This document shows, in pieces, positions 40,134-50,127 of a stretch of DNA of 64,000 nucleotides. The translations under genes were made by a program, and so were the position numbers. The notes under the pieces were generated by a model. It was not told the origin of the DNA. It saw nothing but the letters and a program-made list of their open reading frames with translations, and made no database searches. The first letter of the stretch is position 1. Each line of letters opens with the position of its first letter. Origin of the DNA: Iphione sp. A-MEVVRFRX5 (lineage: Eukaryota); the NCBI GenBank assembly GCA_976226885.1, contig OZ320318.1, positions 83,142,001-83,206,000 of the forward strand, in the 5' to 3' direction.

Positions 40134-40802
40134 ATGGAGCTTCTTCAAACTCTTCGAGTTGGAAAGAACTATAAGCTTACTGCTTACGATCCCTTCATTG
40201 AAAGCGAAGAAAGGACTGAACCAACTATCTTTCTTTCACACATAGAAAATCGTTTTAAGCGGATTCCCTTTACATTGGATGACTTTTTACGAGAAGAGGG
40301 GAGAAATGATTTAGTTGTTGTAATTTCACCAGACCAATACATTGAGCAAGAACTCAAGGAACTTGATGACAGACCGCTTGAAATTATGAGTCTTTTTCTG
40401 TATAGCATGAGAAAAATGCGCAAGGCTATGTTTCATCAAAAGTTGAGCTTATTCCATCTTTCTGCTCTCTCTGTGGTGGGACAGATGTGGATGGTTGAAA
40501 ATTCAGAAGAATCCGATTCAGAAAGCGAAGATGCTGCATTTGATTGGAGTGTAATTCATCCATGGCATACTGAGTTTACGAAAATGTCAAAAGTAATTCA
40601 GAATCTAAAAAAACTCCCCATTCCAAAACATCTTATATCAAAAATTAAAGAAGATGTGTGTGTGAATGAATCTGGTCGATTTGTTTATGGAATCATCGAC
40701 CGAAGTGTTCATATGGAGTGGAATATTTACGTAGAGCAGGCTATGATGGATCTCTTTTCATCTCCAGATCCTAAAAAAGTTCTTCGGGAAATAAAAAGGT
40801 GA
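40134..40802 (+). CDS. Hypothetical protein with BC-box- and Cul5-box-like motifs; may splice (intron 40799-40916) to end at 40971
   Basis: 222-aa ORF with SLFHLSALSV and LKKLPIPKHL. Donor ag|gtgatt and acceptor ttacag| are phase-compatible and would add DDGTYDLFAIESNGKNH*. Confidence 0.7.
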   Translation: MELLQTLRVGKNYKLTAYDPFIESEERTEPTIFLSHIENRFKRIPFTLDDFLREEGRNDLVVVISPDQYIEQELKELDDRPLEIMSLFLYSMRKMRKAMFHQKLSLFHLSALSVVGQMWMVENSEESDSESEDAAFDWSVIHPWHTEFTKMSKVIQNLKKLPIPKHLISKIKEDVCVNESGRFVYGIIDRSVHMEWNIYVEQAMMDLFSSPDPKKVLREIKR

Positions 40803-41598
40803 TTCTACTTTGAATTTATTTTACAATGTAATTGAAAAAAAATTAAACATTTATAATCTTTCATCTGTGTTTGAAAAGTGTTAATATGTTTTAACACCAA
40901 ATCAATTCTATTACAGGGATGATGGAACCTATGATTTATTCGCCATCGAATCTAACGGAAAAAATCACTGAGGGAAAAAATTGCTTCATCACCACACTCA
41001 TGTTTCAGGTAATTTTCATTCCCAGTTCGAAATTTAAAATTCTTTTTTTTCTCAAATTTTTTCCATCAAATTTTTTTTCTGTATCTTTTTTCGCTAGTTT
41101 AAAAAATGATATTCATGAAGACAAATTCTTTTTTTTTCAGAATGAATGATGGAAATGGTGCTTCCTGATTTCTGGTGCTCTCATTCATCACCTGATTTTC
41201 TCAATCTCTACTGATGGACGTTTAACGTTTTAAGAAAGAATATATATTTCATATAATTTCATATAATTTTTTCAATAAAAGCGAAGAATTATAAGAAAAC
41301 AGTCTTTTTTTTTATTTGTAAAATTCTAAACGTCACTGTTCTCAATAAAGCTATCAAATCAGTTCAAGAGTAATCTCTGATTATTAAAATCAGGTTGACA
41401 GGTCAGGTTCAATCACGAAAAGGTGATTCACCCACCTATTTTCTTTCCAATGAAAATGGAGTCAGGTGTAATTCGTTTAAGGACCTGTTTCACTGAATAG
41501 TGAAATCATGCCAGATATCGGGTTAGAGTCCCCCTTAAAAGTTTTCGATTGGTCTCTTTTTCCCGCGTAAAGATAGTGAAAAGCTCTACCCCTAGTAC

Positions 41599-41607
41599 TA
41601 TATAAAG
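41599..41607 (+). promoter_or_regulatory. TATA box of the PC4-like gene
   Basis: TATATAAAG about 90 bp upstream of ATG 41694. Confidence 0.6.
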
Positions 41608-41693
41608 TTGCTTCTGACTTTCCGTCATCATTGTTCAGTCCAGCTTTCCCATCACAGCATCAGTTTTCCAGCACTGATTTCACGAATTTCAAC

Positions 41694-42766
41694 ATGGAGA
41701 AGATTTCACCACAAATCTATATCGAGGTTGCTGAACCTTTCTTGAATCTTGAACGAAGAAAGGAAACTGGCATCAGACAATTGGAAATTCATCTTGGTCT
41801 CTTTCATATTGCGAAAGAGAAGCAGTCTCAAATTTTCAAGGGGAAAGTTATCAAGGTGGATAATTCGCAAAAGCATTGGAGCATTGAACGGAAACAATTT
41901 CATAACAAATACTATATCTGTTTCACCAGGCTTGATGATGACGGCGAACGTGTAAAGTGAGTAAGAAATTGTTGTGTCTGTTTTTTCCACAGGTCAGGAA
42001 TGAGTGCGCTAGTAAATTTCCTCTTTCATAGTGAATTCAATATTATTTTTTAAATTTGTTGGTTTTGTTTTTTAGTTATGATTCATTCAACCTGCTGGTC
42101 AGTGAGTTCGAGTCCATCTGTGAAATTCTCCATAAGAGGAAAGTGAATACCACCCCAGATTCATCCTCATCACCCACGAAGAGAAAGTCTGTGGCGACTT
42201 CACCGATGAAGAGAAGAAAGACATTACAAAACCTCTCTGCCAAACGGTTTTCATATCAATTGGTAACTTGTCTTACCGGAACAGTGCGTAATGTGTGTGA
42301 TGTGTATCTTGAAGAAGAGACTTGTATAAAAGAGGCTCAAGCTAGTGTTCAGGACGGTGAAATTCCAGAATACATTTCACTTCCATCTGTTGAACTAACA
42401 TTGAATCAGTTTGTACAAAGATGTTATGCTTATCTTTTATTGCTGGAATATAAAAAAAGAATAAAAGAGTTTTGTGAAGGTTGTCTGTTTAACGAAGACG
42501 CCCAAAATCACATTGAAGGTTGTATCTTTTCTGGAAGAGAGCCTGATGCAGACCAGTTGCATGCTGCACACATTAGAATTAGTGCACTGAGACTCATGGA
42601 AGCGTCTAAGTATATGTTAGATTACTACCATTGCTCTGATCCTAAGATCGACCTTGAAATAGATACATTGCTCTGTGAAACTGTTTTGAATGAAGCAAAA
42701 GATCATGAGAAGGATTACATTGTTGTGGAACATGAAAAGGAATATGAAGAATTATCAAGGCTTTAG
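41694..42766 (+). CDS. Spliced ~317-aa protein (exons 41694-41956, 42076-42766) with a PC4/Whirly-like ssDNA-binding-type segment and a C-terminal CxxC..H..C motif
   Basis: Donor aa|gtgagt and acceptor ttttttag|t are both phase 2 and join two ORFs in frame. WSIERKQFHNKYYICFTRLDDDGERVNYDSFNLLVSEFESI resembles the PC4 core; CEGCLFNEDAQNHIEGC lies downstream. Confidence 0.65.
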
Positions 42767-43875
42767 AGACGAAAAAACGTTTATTCAAAAGTCTTCTGTG
42801 TGCGCTGATTAGAAGAAAGTTTTCCTATGTCTAGAATCATTACACGTCAAAGTGTGCACGTTCAATGACAAGAAAAAGTTTAACATGCGTCTTGCTTTCA
42901 TGTTCAATGAGTAAGATCATTAGTCATCTATCTATCTATCTAAATGAACTAGAGTAGTTTTTCTTCCTTATTTCTTGAATCATATGTGCTGATTTGTTCT
43001 TACTTGTTTGTTTCCTTTTACAAATAATCATCTGTATTTTAACAGTACATACTGATTGTTTAGACTTGCTTGAAAAAAAATCTTAGTTTTGATTTCTCTT
43101 CAATAAAAAAACCTATGAAAAAAAATGTTATTTCTTTTTTTCTGATAAGTCTACAAATGTCCTAAGAAACAAAAAAATGTTGAGAACACAATGAAATAAC
43201 AAAAGAAAAAAAATTTCAAAAAGAAAAAAATGTTTCAAACTGAAAAAACTACCTCTATCTGAAACTAATGTGGAAAAGAGCGAGCTGTTGACCAGTCTTC
43301 TATTCAGCATCGTTGTCGACATCGTCACTTGAGCACAAACATCATTTGTTCTGGAAAAAAAAATATTTTCTAAGTCAACTGTCCTTTTATTATTTCAGTC
43401 AATTTTTTTTTGGAATAAGGTTGTGTAACTACTTATTCAAGAATTTTTAATAACTGAGTAAATCAAATTATATTTAGTTTCAAAGTAGATAAATTAACGT
43501 CTGTTTTTTTCTTAACATGTTAGTTGAAAGCTGAAAAAAATTATCACCTGAATTATCTTTCGCTTCTTGTTTTTTTTCGTGCTTGAAAAAATAAAGAACA
43601 TCTTCAAGGGCCTGGCTCTCCATCCTTCGTTACACACGTCAGGGATAGCTGCAAATCTGGCTGTCTCTCCATCCTTCGTTACACACGTCAGGGATAGCTG
43701 CAAATAAATCTGGTCCGCAGAGTTCTCACTCAAACTGGACACCCAAAAAAATTTTTCCTATTAGTAATTCTTCTTTCTTAATAAGAGATTAGTAATTCTT
43801 TTTTTTTCCAAAAAATTTGTTATATATTTCTTTCTTAACAAGAGTCTGAATTTTTATCTCCAAAAAAAAAATCAA

Positions 43876-46800
43876 TCAGTTAATGAAAAAAACAATTACC
43901 TGCAATTTGCGGAATCGTTTAGGTGTCGGTGGTGGCGCCATTGCTGTGTCAGCTGAAGCATCTGATGAGTGACTTGTCTTCGACATGCTTGCTAAGCGTC
44001 TTGAGCGTCTTGGAGTAGAAGGGGGCGTGGCACGACTTGAAATGCTCACATCTGAATCACTGTCAAACCCCGTTGCTCGTTGGGACTTGACAGACAAGCG
44101 TCTTGAGCGTCTTGGAGTAGAAGGGGGTGTGGTTCGTTGTGAAATGCTCACATCTGAATCACTGTCAAACCCCGTTGCTCGTTGGGACTTGACAGACAAG
44201 CGTCTTGAGCGTCTTGGAGTAGAAGGGGGTGTGGTTCGTTGTGAAATGCTCACATCTGAATCACTGTCAAACCCCGTTGCTCGTTGGGTCTTGACAGACA
44301 AGCGGCTTGAGCGTCTTGGAGTAGAAGGGGGTGTGGTTCGTTGTGAAATGTTCACATCTGAATCAGTCTCAAACCCCGTTGCATGTTGGGTCTTGTCAGA
44401 CAAGCGGCTTGAGCGTCTTGGAGTAGAAGGGGGTGTGGTTCGTTGTGAAATGTTCACATCTGGATCAGACTCAATCCCTGTTTGCCGTATTTCTGAAGAG
44501 CATGCTAACTGACTCATGTCTTTGTTACTAGTTTTTTCTGTTGTTTGTTTTGAAGTTTTCAAGTACTTTTCTACCACTGTCGAGTCAAGTCTGACAACTG
44601 GGTTTATTGTTTTGACGAATTTTTCCATTAATTTTCCATCTAGAAGTTTCAGAGGAAGTTTGACAATGATTTCTGGTTGCTTGCTGAGTGATGCAAAAGG
44701 GATGTTGCTTGAAGATGGAACCACTTCTGTTGACGAGAGATTGGGAGTAGGTTTGAAACACACACTTCTTGGAATTGCTTCAACTGTGTTTGAACCTGTG
44801 ACAAATGGTTTCTTTTGTGTCAGGGAAGCCTCATCTCTCGGTGGGGTGGTAGTGGAGGTGGTAGATGAAACTGTTTCCACATCTGTTGTTGATTCAATGC
44901 TACTAGAACTGGAACAAACACTTCCTGGAATTGGAACATTTGAGTTAGTGCTTGTGGAAAACGGTTTTCTAGTTGTCAGACAAGATGGGGTGGCTGAAGA
45001 AGCTNNNNNNNNNNNNNNNNNNNNNNNNNNNNNNNNNNNNNNNNNNNNNNNNNNNNNNNNNNNNNNNNNNNNNNNNNNNNNNNNNNNNNNNNNNNNNNNN
45101 NNNNNNNNNNNNNNNNNNNNNNNNNNNNNNNNCTCTGTCGGGGTGGTGGTGGTGGAGGTGGTGATAGGTGTTGAAGAGTCATCTTTTGTTGGGGTGATGG
45201 GGATAGTTGAGTCACGTGCAAAAGGATTAGTAGGCGACAGTGTTGAAGAAGAAGAAGACACATCTCTCGTTGGGCTGCTCGATAAACCAGCTACTGCATA
45301 TGCTGATGAGACATGAGCAAAAGGATTAGTAGGCGACAGCGTTGAAGAAGTCACATCTCTCGTCGGGGTAGTCGTTAAACCCACTAATGCATATGTTGAT
45401 GAGTCATGGCTAAAAGGATTAGTAGGTGACAGCATTGAAGAAACCACACCTCTCGTTGGGCTGACCGATAAAACAGCTACTGCATATGCTGACGAGTCAT
45501 GAACAAAAGGATTAGTAGGCGACAGCGTTGAAGAATTCACATCTATCGACGGACTGCTTGTTAAAACTGCTTCTCCATCTGCTGACGAGTCATGGGTTGG
45601 AGAGGAAACAGTGCAGAGACTAGCTGCTACTGCATCTGCTGTCTGTTCATTGCCAGATGGGTTGGGACAAACATCATTGTTAATGAATGAAGCAAAAGGG
45701 TTATTGCTGGAGAACACTGGCTCATTCTGTTGTCTTTCTGGTTGAACAGACTTCAGGCTGCTGATGTTTACAGGTGAAAATGATCTTTCCAATGCTGATG
45801 AATGTGTAGGTATATGAGTGAGTGAACATTCTGTTGGAGAATGACTGGGAGACGTGTTCTGCATGTTCTTTGGGAGAACATCCTTCAGACTTCTACTGGA
45901 AAAACATGATAGGTGAGAAGAAGAAGAGTGTGATGCTGTTTGAGATTGTTGTGGAGGAGTAGGTGATCGTGGTGATGGTGGTGGAGGTGGTGGACTCGTT
46001 CGCTCTGGTGATGGAGGTGGTGTTCGAGGTGATGGAGGGGGTGGTGGTGGACTCGTTCGCTCTGGTGGTGGTGGTGAACGGAGTGATAGTGGTGGATTCG
46101 TTCGCTCTGCTGGTGCTGGTGAAGAACGTGCTGGACCAGGTGAACGCTGTGGTGGTGGGATAGATTGCTCTGCTGGTGCTGGTGAAGAACGTGCTGGACC
46201 AGGTGAACGCTGCGGGAAAGGTGAACGTGGTGGTGGACTCGTTCGCTCTGGTGGAGGTGGTGATCGTGGTGATGGAGGGGGAGGTGGTGGACTCGTTCGC
46301 TCTGGTGAAGAACGTGCTGGTCCAGGTGAACGCTGTGGGAAAGGTGATCGTGGTGGTGGTGAAGAACGTGCTGGAGCAGGTGAACGCTGTGGGAAAGGTG
46401 ATCGTGGTGGTGGTGAAGAACGTGCTGGACCAGGTGAACGCTGTGGGAAAGGTGATCGTGGTGGTGGTGAAGAACGTGCTGGAGCAGGTGAACGCTGTGG
46501 GAAAGGTGATCGTGGTGGTGGTGAACGCTGTGGGAAAGGTGATCGTGGTGGCGGTGAAGAACGTGCTGGGTCAGGTGAACTTGGTGGTGTTGGTGAATGA
46601 AGGTGTACTGGATATGGAGATGTGGGGACTGGAAGCGTTGAACGTGGTCGTGCTGTCGATGATGATGATGAGGTGCCTGGAAGTGGTGAACGTGGACGAG
46701 GTGTCAATGATGATGGGGATCCTGGAAGTGTTGAACTTGGACGTGGAGACAATGATGAGGGTCCTAGAAGCGATGGTCGTGAACGTGGTGTCAATGATGA

Positions 46801-47272
46801 TGAGGGTCCTGGAAGCGATGATCGTGCTCGTGCTGACAATGATGATGAATGGGGTGGAAGAGGAGGTGGTGGAAAATGTGCTCGTGCTGGCAAGTTTGAT
46901 GTATGGGCTGGAAGAGGTGGAAGTGATGTTGAACGCGGGCGTGGTGTCAATGCTGAGTGGCCTGGAAGAGGAGGAGGTGGAAGAGATGCTGAACGTGGTG
47001 CTGGAGTTGGTCCCATACCTGATGTGGAAGGTTCCCCGTGCTGTGTTTTAGATAGAAACAGTTTTTTCAGAACATCAATTCCTGATAGACAACCACGTGT
47101 ATAATCTGGAGCTTGCCCAATGCTTCGATTTGTTGGTTTACTCTTCTGAGAAAATGTAGTATCTTGCCATAAATTGGGTGTTTCAGGGGGTTCCTCATCA
47201 TCCTCACTGTTTACTTCACCAAGCACTGCATCAGTTTGTCTGTTGTTAACTCTTGAAGGAACAGATCTATTT
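43876..47272 (-). CDS. Large Pro/Ser/Thr-rich repetitive coding exon (~1120 aa, spans a 128-N gap); probable cytoplasmic tail of the 47591-48216 membrane protein
   Basis: Stop-free frame with 54-bp, 93-bp and 102-bp coding repeats. Acceptor caaag|a at 47272 (phase 2); donor cag|gtaatt after 43900. Confidence 0.75.
45005..45132. other. Assembly gap (128 N)
   Basis: Run of N inside the repetitive large exon. Confidence 1.
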
Positions 47273-47590
47273 CTTTGAAAAATAGAATAGGAAAAAACAA
47301 AAATATATATATGCCTATTTCCAATTTTATTCTTTTTTAAAAAAAAAACCCACAGAAAATTACTAACACTCCCCTTGAATTTAGTTTTAGCAACTTTTTA
47401 CTTTTAGGGTTAGCTTCATTCAAGAAAAAAAAAATTCAGAGCCCACCTTGTCAACCTAGGCTGACAAGGATGCAACAAAAGTAGAATTTTTTTTTACCAT
47501 TTGTTTTCTTAATTAACGATTGAAAGAATTTTAGAGGGATTTTTTTTTTTCTCTAAAAAAAATCAAGGGAGTAAAAATGAACACACTAAC

Positions 47591-48216
47591 CTACGGTTCC
47601 CAAGCCATTCGAAAGCTCGTTCATAGAATGACTGCTGTGGATGTAAACTTCGTCTAGTTAAACACGGTGGTTGCACCTTATGTTTGATCCAAGCTACCAC
47701 TCCAATTGCTAATATACCAAGAATTCCCACTCCTAAGATGACTCCGACGATCACTAGATCTGTACTTTCCGTGATTTTCTTATCTTGAACCAACACCATC
47801 ATACTAGTTAACTGTTTATCAGTTTCGGAAACTGTAACATGATTCCGCTCATCAGAACTTGACCGACCTTCATTTTCTCTGTTTGATGTGTCAAGTGTCG
47901 AAGTTATCCAAGCCTCGTCGTCATTCTTTGTGGAAGATTCACTTTCGAACGGGAGTCCTTTCAGTTGAAGCAAGTTTGGGAAGATTTTATGAATGTGCGC
48001 AATAAATTCATGGCGGACACCGGTGACTTGGGGATCGACCAACTCCAGAATCTTAACACTCGGGTGTGGATAGTTTATGGTGAAGAAAAAAGCTATCTCG
48101 GTTTTGACACAATACACGTGTCCATTAAGACATGAACATTGCCTGCATAATTCCTTTGCGTCGCTTTTTCCAATAAAGAAGAACAATAAAATGATCCAAA
48201 AGATTGACAGCGTCAT
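47591..48216 (-). CDS. Type I membrane protein A: signal peptide, LRRNT-like Cys cap, short LRR-like segment, TM helix (exon 1)
   Basis: MTLSIFWIILLFFFIGKSDA; CRQCSCLNGHVYC; VKILEL...FPNLLQL; TM LVIVGVILGVGILGILAIGVVAWI; donor ag|gttagt, phase 2. Confidence 0.75.
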
Positions 48217-48700
48217 TCTTCTTTCACTTTCATCACTCCAAACACTCGGAACCGCATCTTCGTAAAAACAAGTCTGCACAAAATAAAATCTTCAAAGAGA
48301 AAAGATCTTTTATCATTCTAAATAAATATCATTTATTTCCTCTTTTTTTATCATTAGAAAAAAGAGATTTTTTTTTTTGTAACTAAATACGAAACTAAAG
48401 AACCGGAAGAGATAGAGGAAAAACAATATGGTGGTTTGTAGCTCGTCAAATCTTCTAATCTATGTTATTTTGTTGATTTTTTCCGATAAGCGAGAAAAGA
48501 GATAACACCTATCCCTGGAAAACGTTATCCCATTTATTAAAAATCGTTATCGCTTCATATGAAAGATAGTCAATGTGATTTAGGGTCAACCTTTTATCAG
48601 TGTGTCCTTTGAAACTTATCTGATTCACTCAATTATACGAAGATATAAGAGTCGTTCAGCTTTTTGTTTGTCAGTACATGAAAGCGAACGCACTGTCATC

Positions 48701-49618
48701 ATGCAGGTAAAACCAGATATATTGCTTATTGTTTTTATCTTTTCTACAAGTCAGAGCTGTCCTATAGAATGTTGGCCTTGTGCTGGAGTCATTATGAGTT
48801 GTCGTGGAAGAATTGATCCATTTAAATTTCATTTTATTAAGAATTATGCTGTTAAGGTTTTGGACTGGAAATCATGTGAAATTGAAAGAATTCATTTCAA
48901 AACATTTCTTTCTTTCCCCAATCTAATGGAATTAGATATTCGTTTTTCCTTGAAAAAATTTAACTGTAGCACATTATCTCTAATTCCAAGTCATATTTCC
49001 TATTTTTCGGATTGTTCGGCTTCAGAATCAACCTCTTCATCCACCACGGATTTTAATCGAACCTACTCATCTTATTCCACTCCACCTGTTGTTAATTCTT
49101 CAACAATTCTTAGTTTGTCCACCCCTTCACACTCTGTGATAAACACAACTATTTCTTCTCCAATAATCAGCACTCTGTTAATGTCTTCTTCTTTTTTCTC
49201 CAGCGTCCTTGTTCCAAATTCCTCTTTGTCGTCAACAACAAATACCACGCCCTCATTTCTTTTCACGACAACTTTTGTTCAAAATTCAACACATACTATT
49301 CTTTCGAATGGTATTTCTGTTAGAACCCTTAAAATTGCATTAGGATGTGTATCTGGTTTCACCATTCTGTGCTTCGGTGTTCTGTTGTGGAAAATTATTG
49401 TAAAGAAAACAAGTCAACGACGAAGCAAGGTATGTTGGTTTATTTTTGTTTTACAAACAATCATATTTTTTTTCTTGCATTTCTTTGTCTTCAGAATCAG
49501 TTCACTAATTATTTTTTTTTTCTCATTCCAGATAAACTTTTCGTCAGATGCAATGGAGGTAAAAAAAATCCAGAAAAAGTGTGAATTCTTTATTAATCAA
49601 ATGAGCACATGTTCATAA
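48701..49618 (+). CDS. Type I membrane glycoprotein B: signal peptide, LRRNT-like cap, LRR-like repeat, mucin-like S/T stalk, TM (probable intron 49430-49531)
   Basis: ILLIVFIFSTSQS; CPIECWPCAGVIMSC; VKVLDW...FPNLMELDI; several N-x-S/T sites; TM IALGCVSGFTILCFGVLLW; aag|gtatgt...cattccag| in frame. Confidence 0.78.
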   Translation: MQVKPDILLIVFIFSTSQSCPIECWPCAGVIMSCRGRIDPFKFHFIKNYAVKVLDWKSCEIERIHFKTFLSFPNLMELDIRFSLKKFNCSTLSLIPSHISYFSDCSASESTSSSTTDFNRTYSSYSTPPVVNSSTILSLSTPSHSVINTTISSPIISTLLMSSSFFSSVLVPNSSLSSTTNTTPSFLFTTTFVQNSTHTILSNGISVRTLKIALGCVSGFTILCFGVLLWKIIVKKTSQRRSKVCWFIFVLQTIIFFFLHFFVFRISSLIIFFFSFQINFSSDAMEVKKIQKKCEFFINQMSTCS

Positions 49619-49644
49619 TCATCTCGCAGTTTAAAGAAAAGCTT

Positions 49645-50127
49645 TCAATTTTTGAGACATCTTAACATTTCACTATTCACTACTCTAAAATCATTCTTTT
49701 CTAAATCTACGCTATCATAATGGTTAATATATTTTTTCAAAGACCATCCTTTAAGTTTGAAGAAAATATATTCCATACAAAAATGACCACACACTGGTTG
49801 TTTTCCTTGAATTTTCGTGTTTGAAAACAGGAATTTTGAAGCATTTACTATAAGGAAATCTTCAATTCTCTGACTGTAGGATTGGGGTGGTTTTCCTAAT
49901 GGATCGAAAAATTCAGCAGGTTCGTTATTTTCAGGGAGGAAAATGACTACCCAGTGTTTTCCTATCCCAGTAACCTGATCTGTATTCACAACATAGATAG
50001 CTGGTTTTTGCGAAACAGGAAAAGATGGTAGGTTCTGATATGAGTCCACAGCTTTGAAAATGCTTTCGTGAGCAAAACATTTCTTGAAATCAGTACTAGT
50101 TAATGGTTTAGGTGGTGAGTTGAACAT
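49645..50127 (-). CDS. Adenain-like cysteine maturation protease (PRO)
   Basis: VVNTD...GKHWV (His), EFFDPLG (Asp), IQ...VCGHFC (Gln, Cys) catalytic pattern. Confidence 0.93.
   Translation of the reverse strand: MFNSPPKPLTSTDFKKCFAHESIFKAVDSYQNLPSFPVSQKPAIYVVNTDQVTGIGKHWVVIFLPENNEPAEFFDPLGKPPQSYSQRIEDFLIVNASKFLFSNTKIQGKQPVCGHFCMEYIFFKLKGWSLKKYINHYDSVDLEKNDFRVVNSEMLRCLKN

Noticed and set aside
43985-45316. Plus-strand ORFs of 175 and 266 aa
   Set aside because: Antisense shadows of stop-poor coding repeats in the large minus-strand exon.
46176-47104. Plus-strand 291-aa Val/Asn-rich and 160-aa Gly/Arg/Asp-rich ORFs
   Set aside because: Reverse-strand readings of the CCA/CCT/TCA-rich proline repeats; composition is explained by the antisense gene, though use cannot be excluded without expression data.
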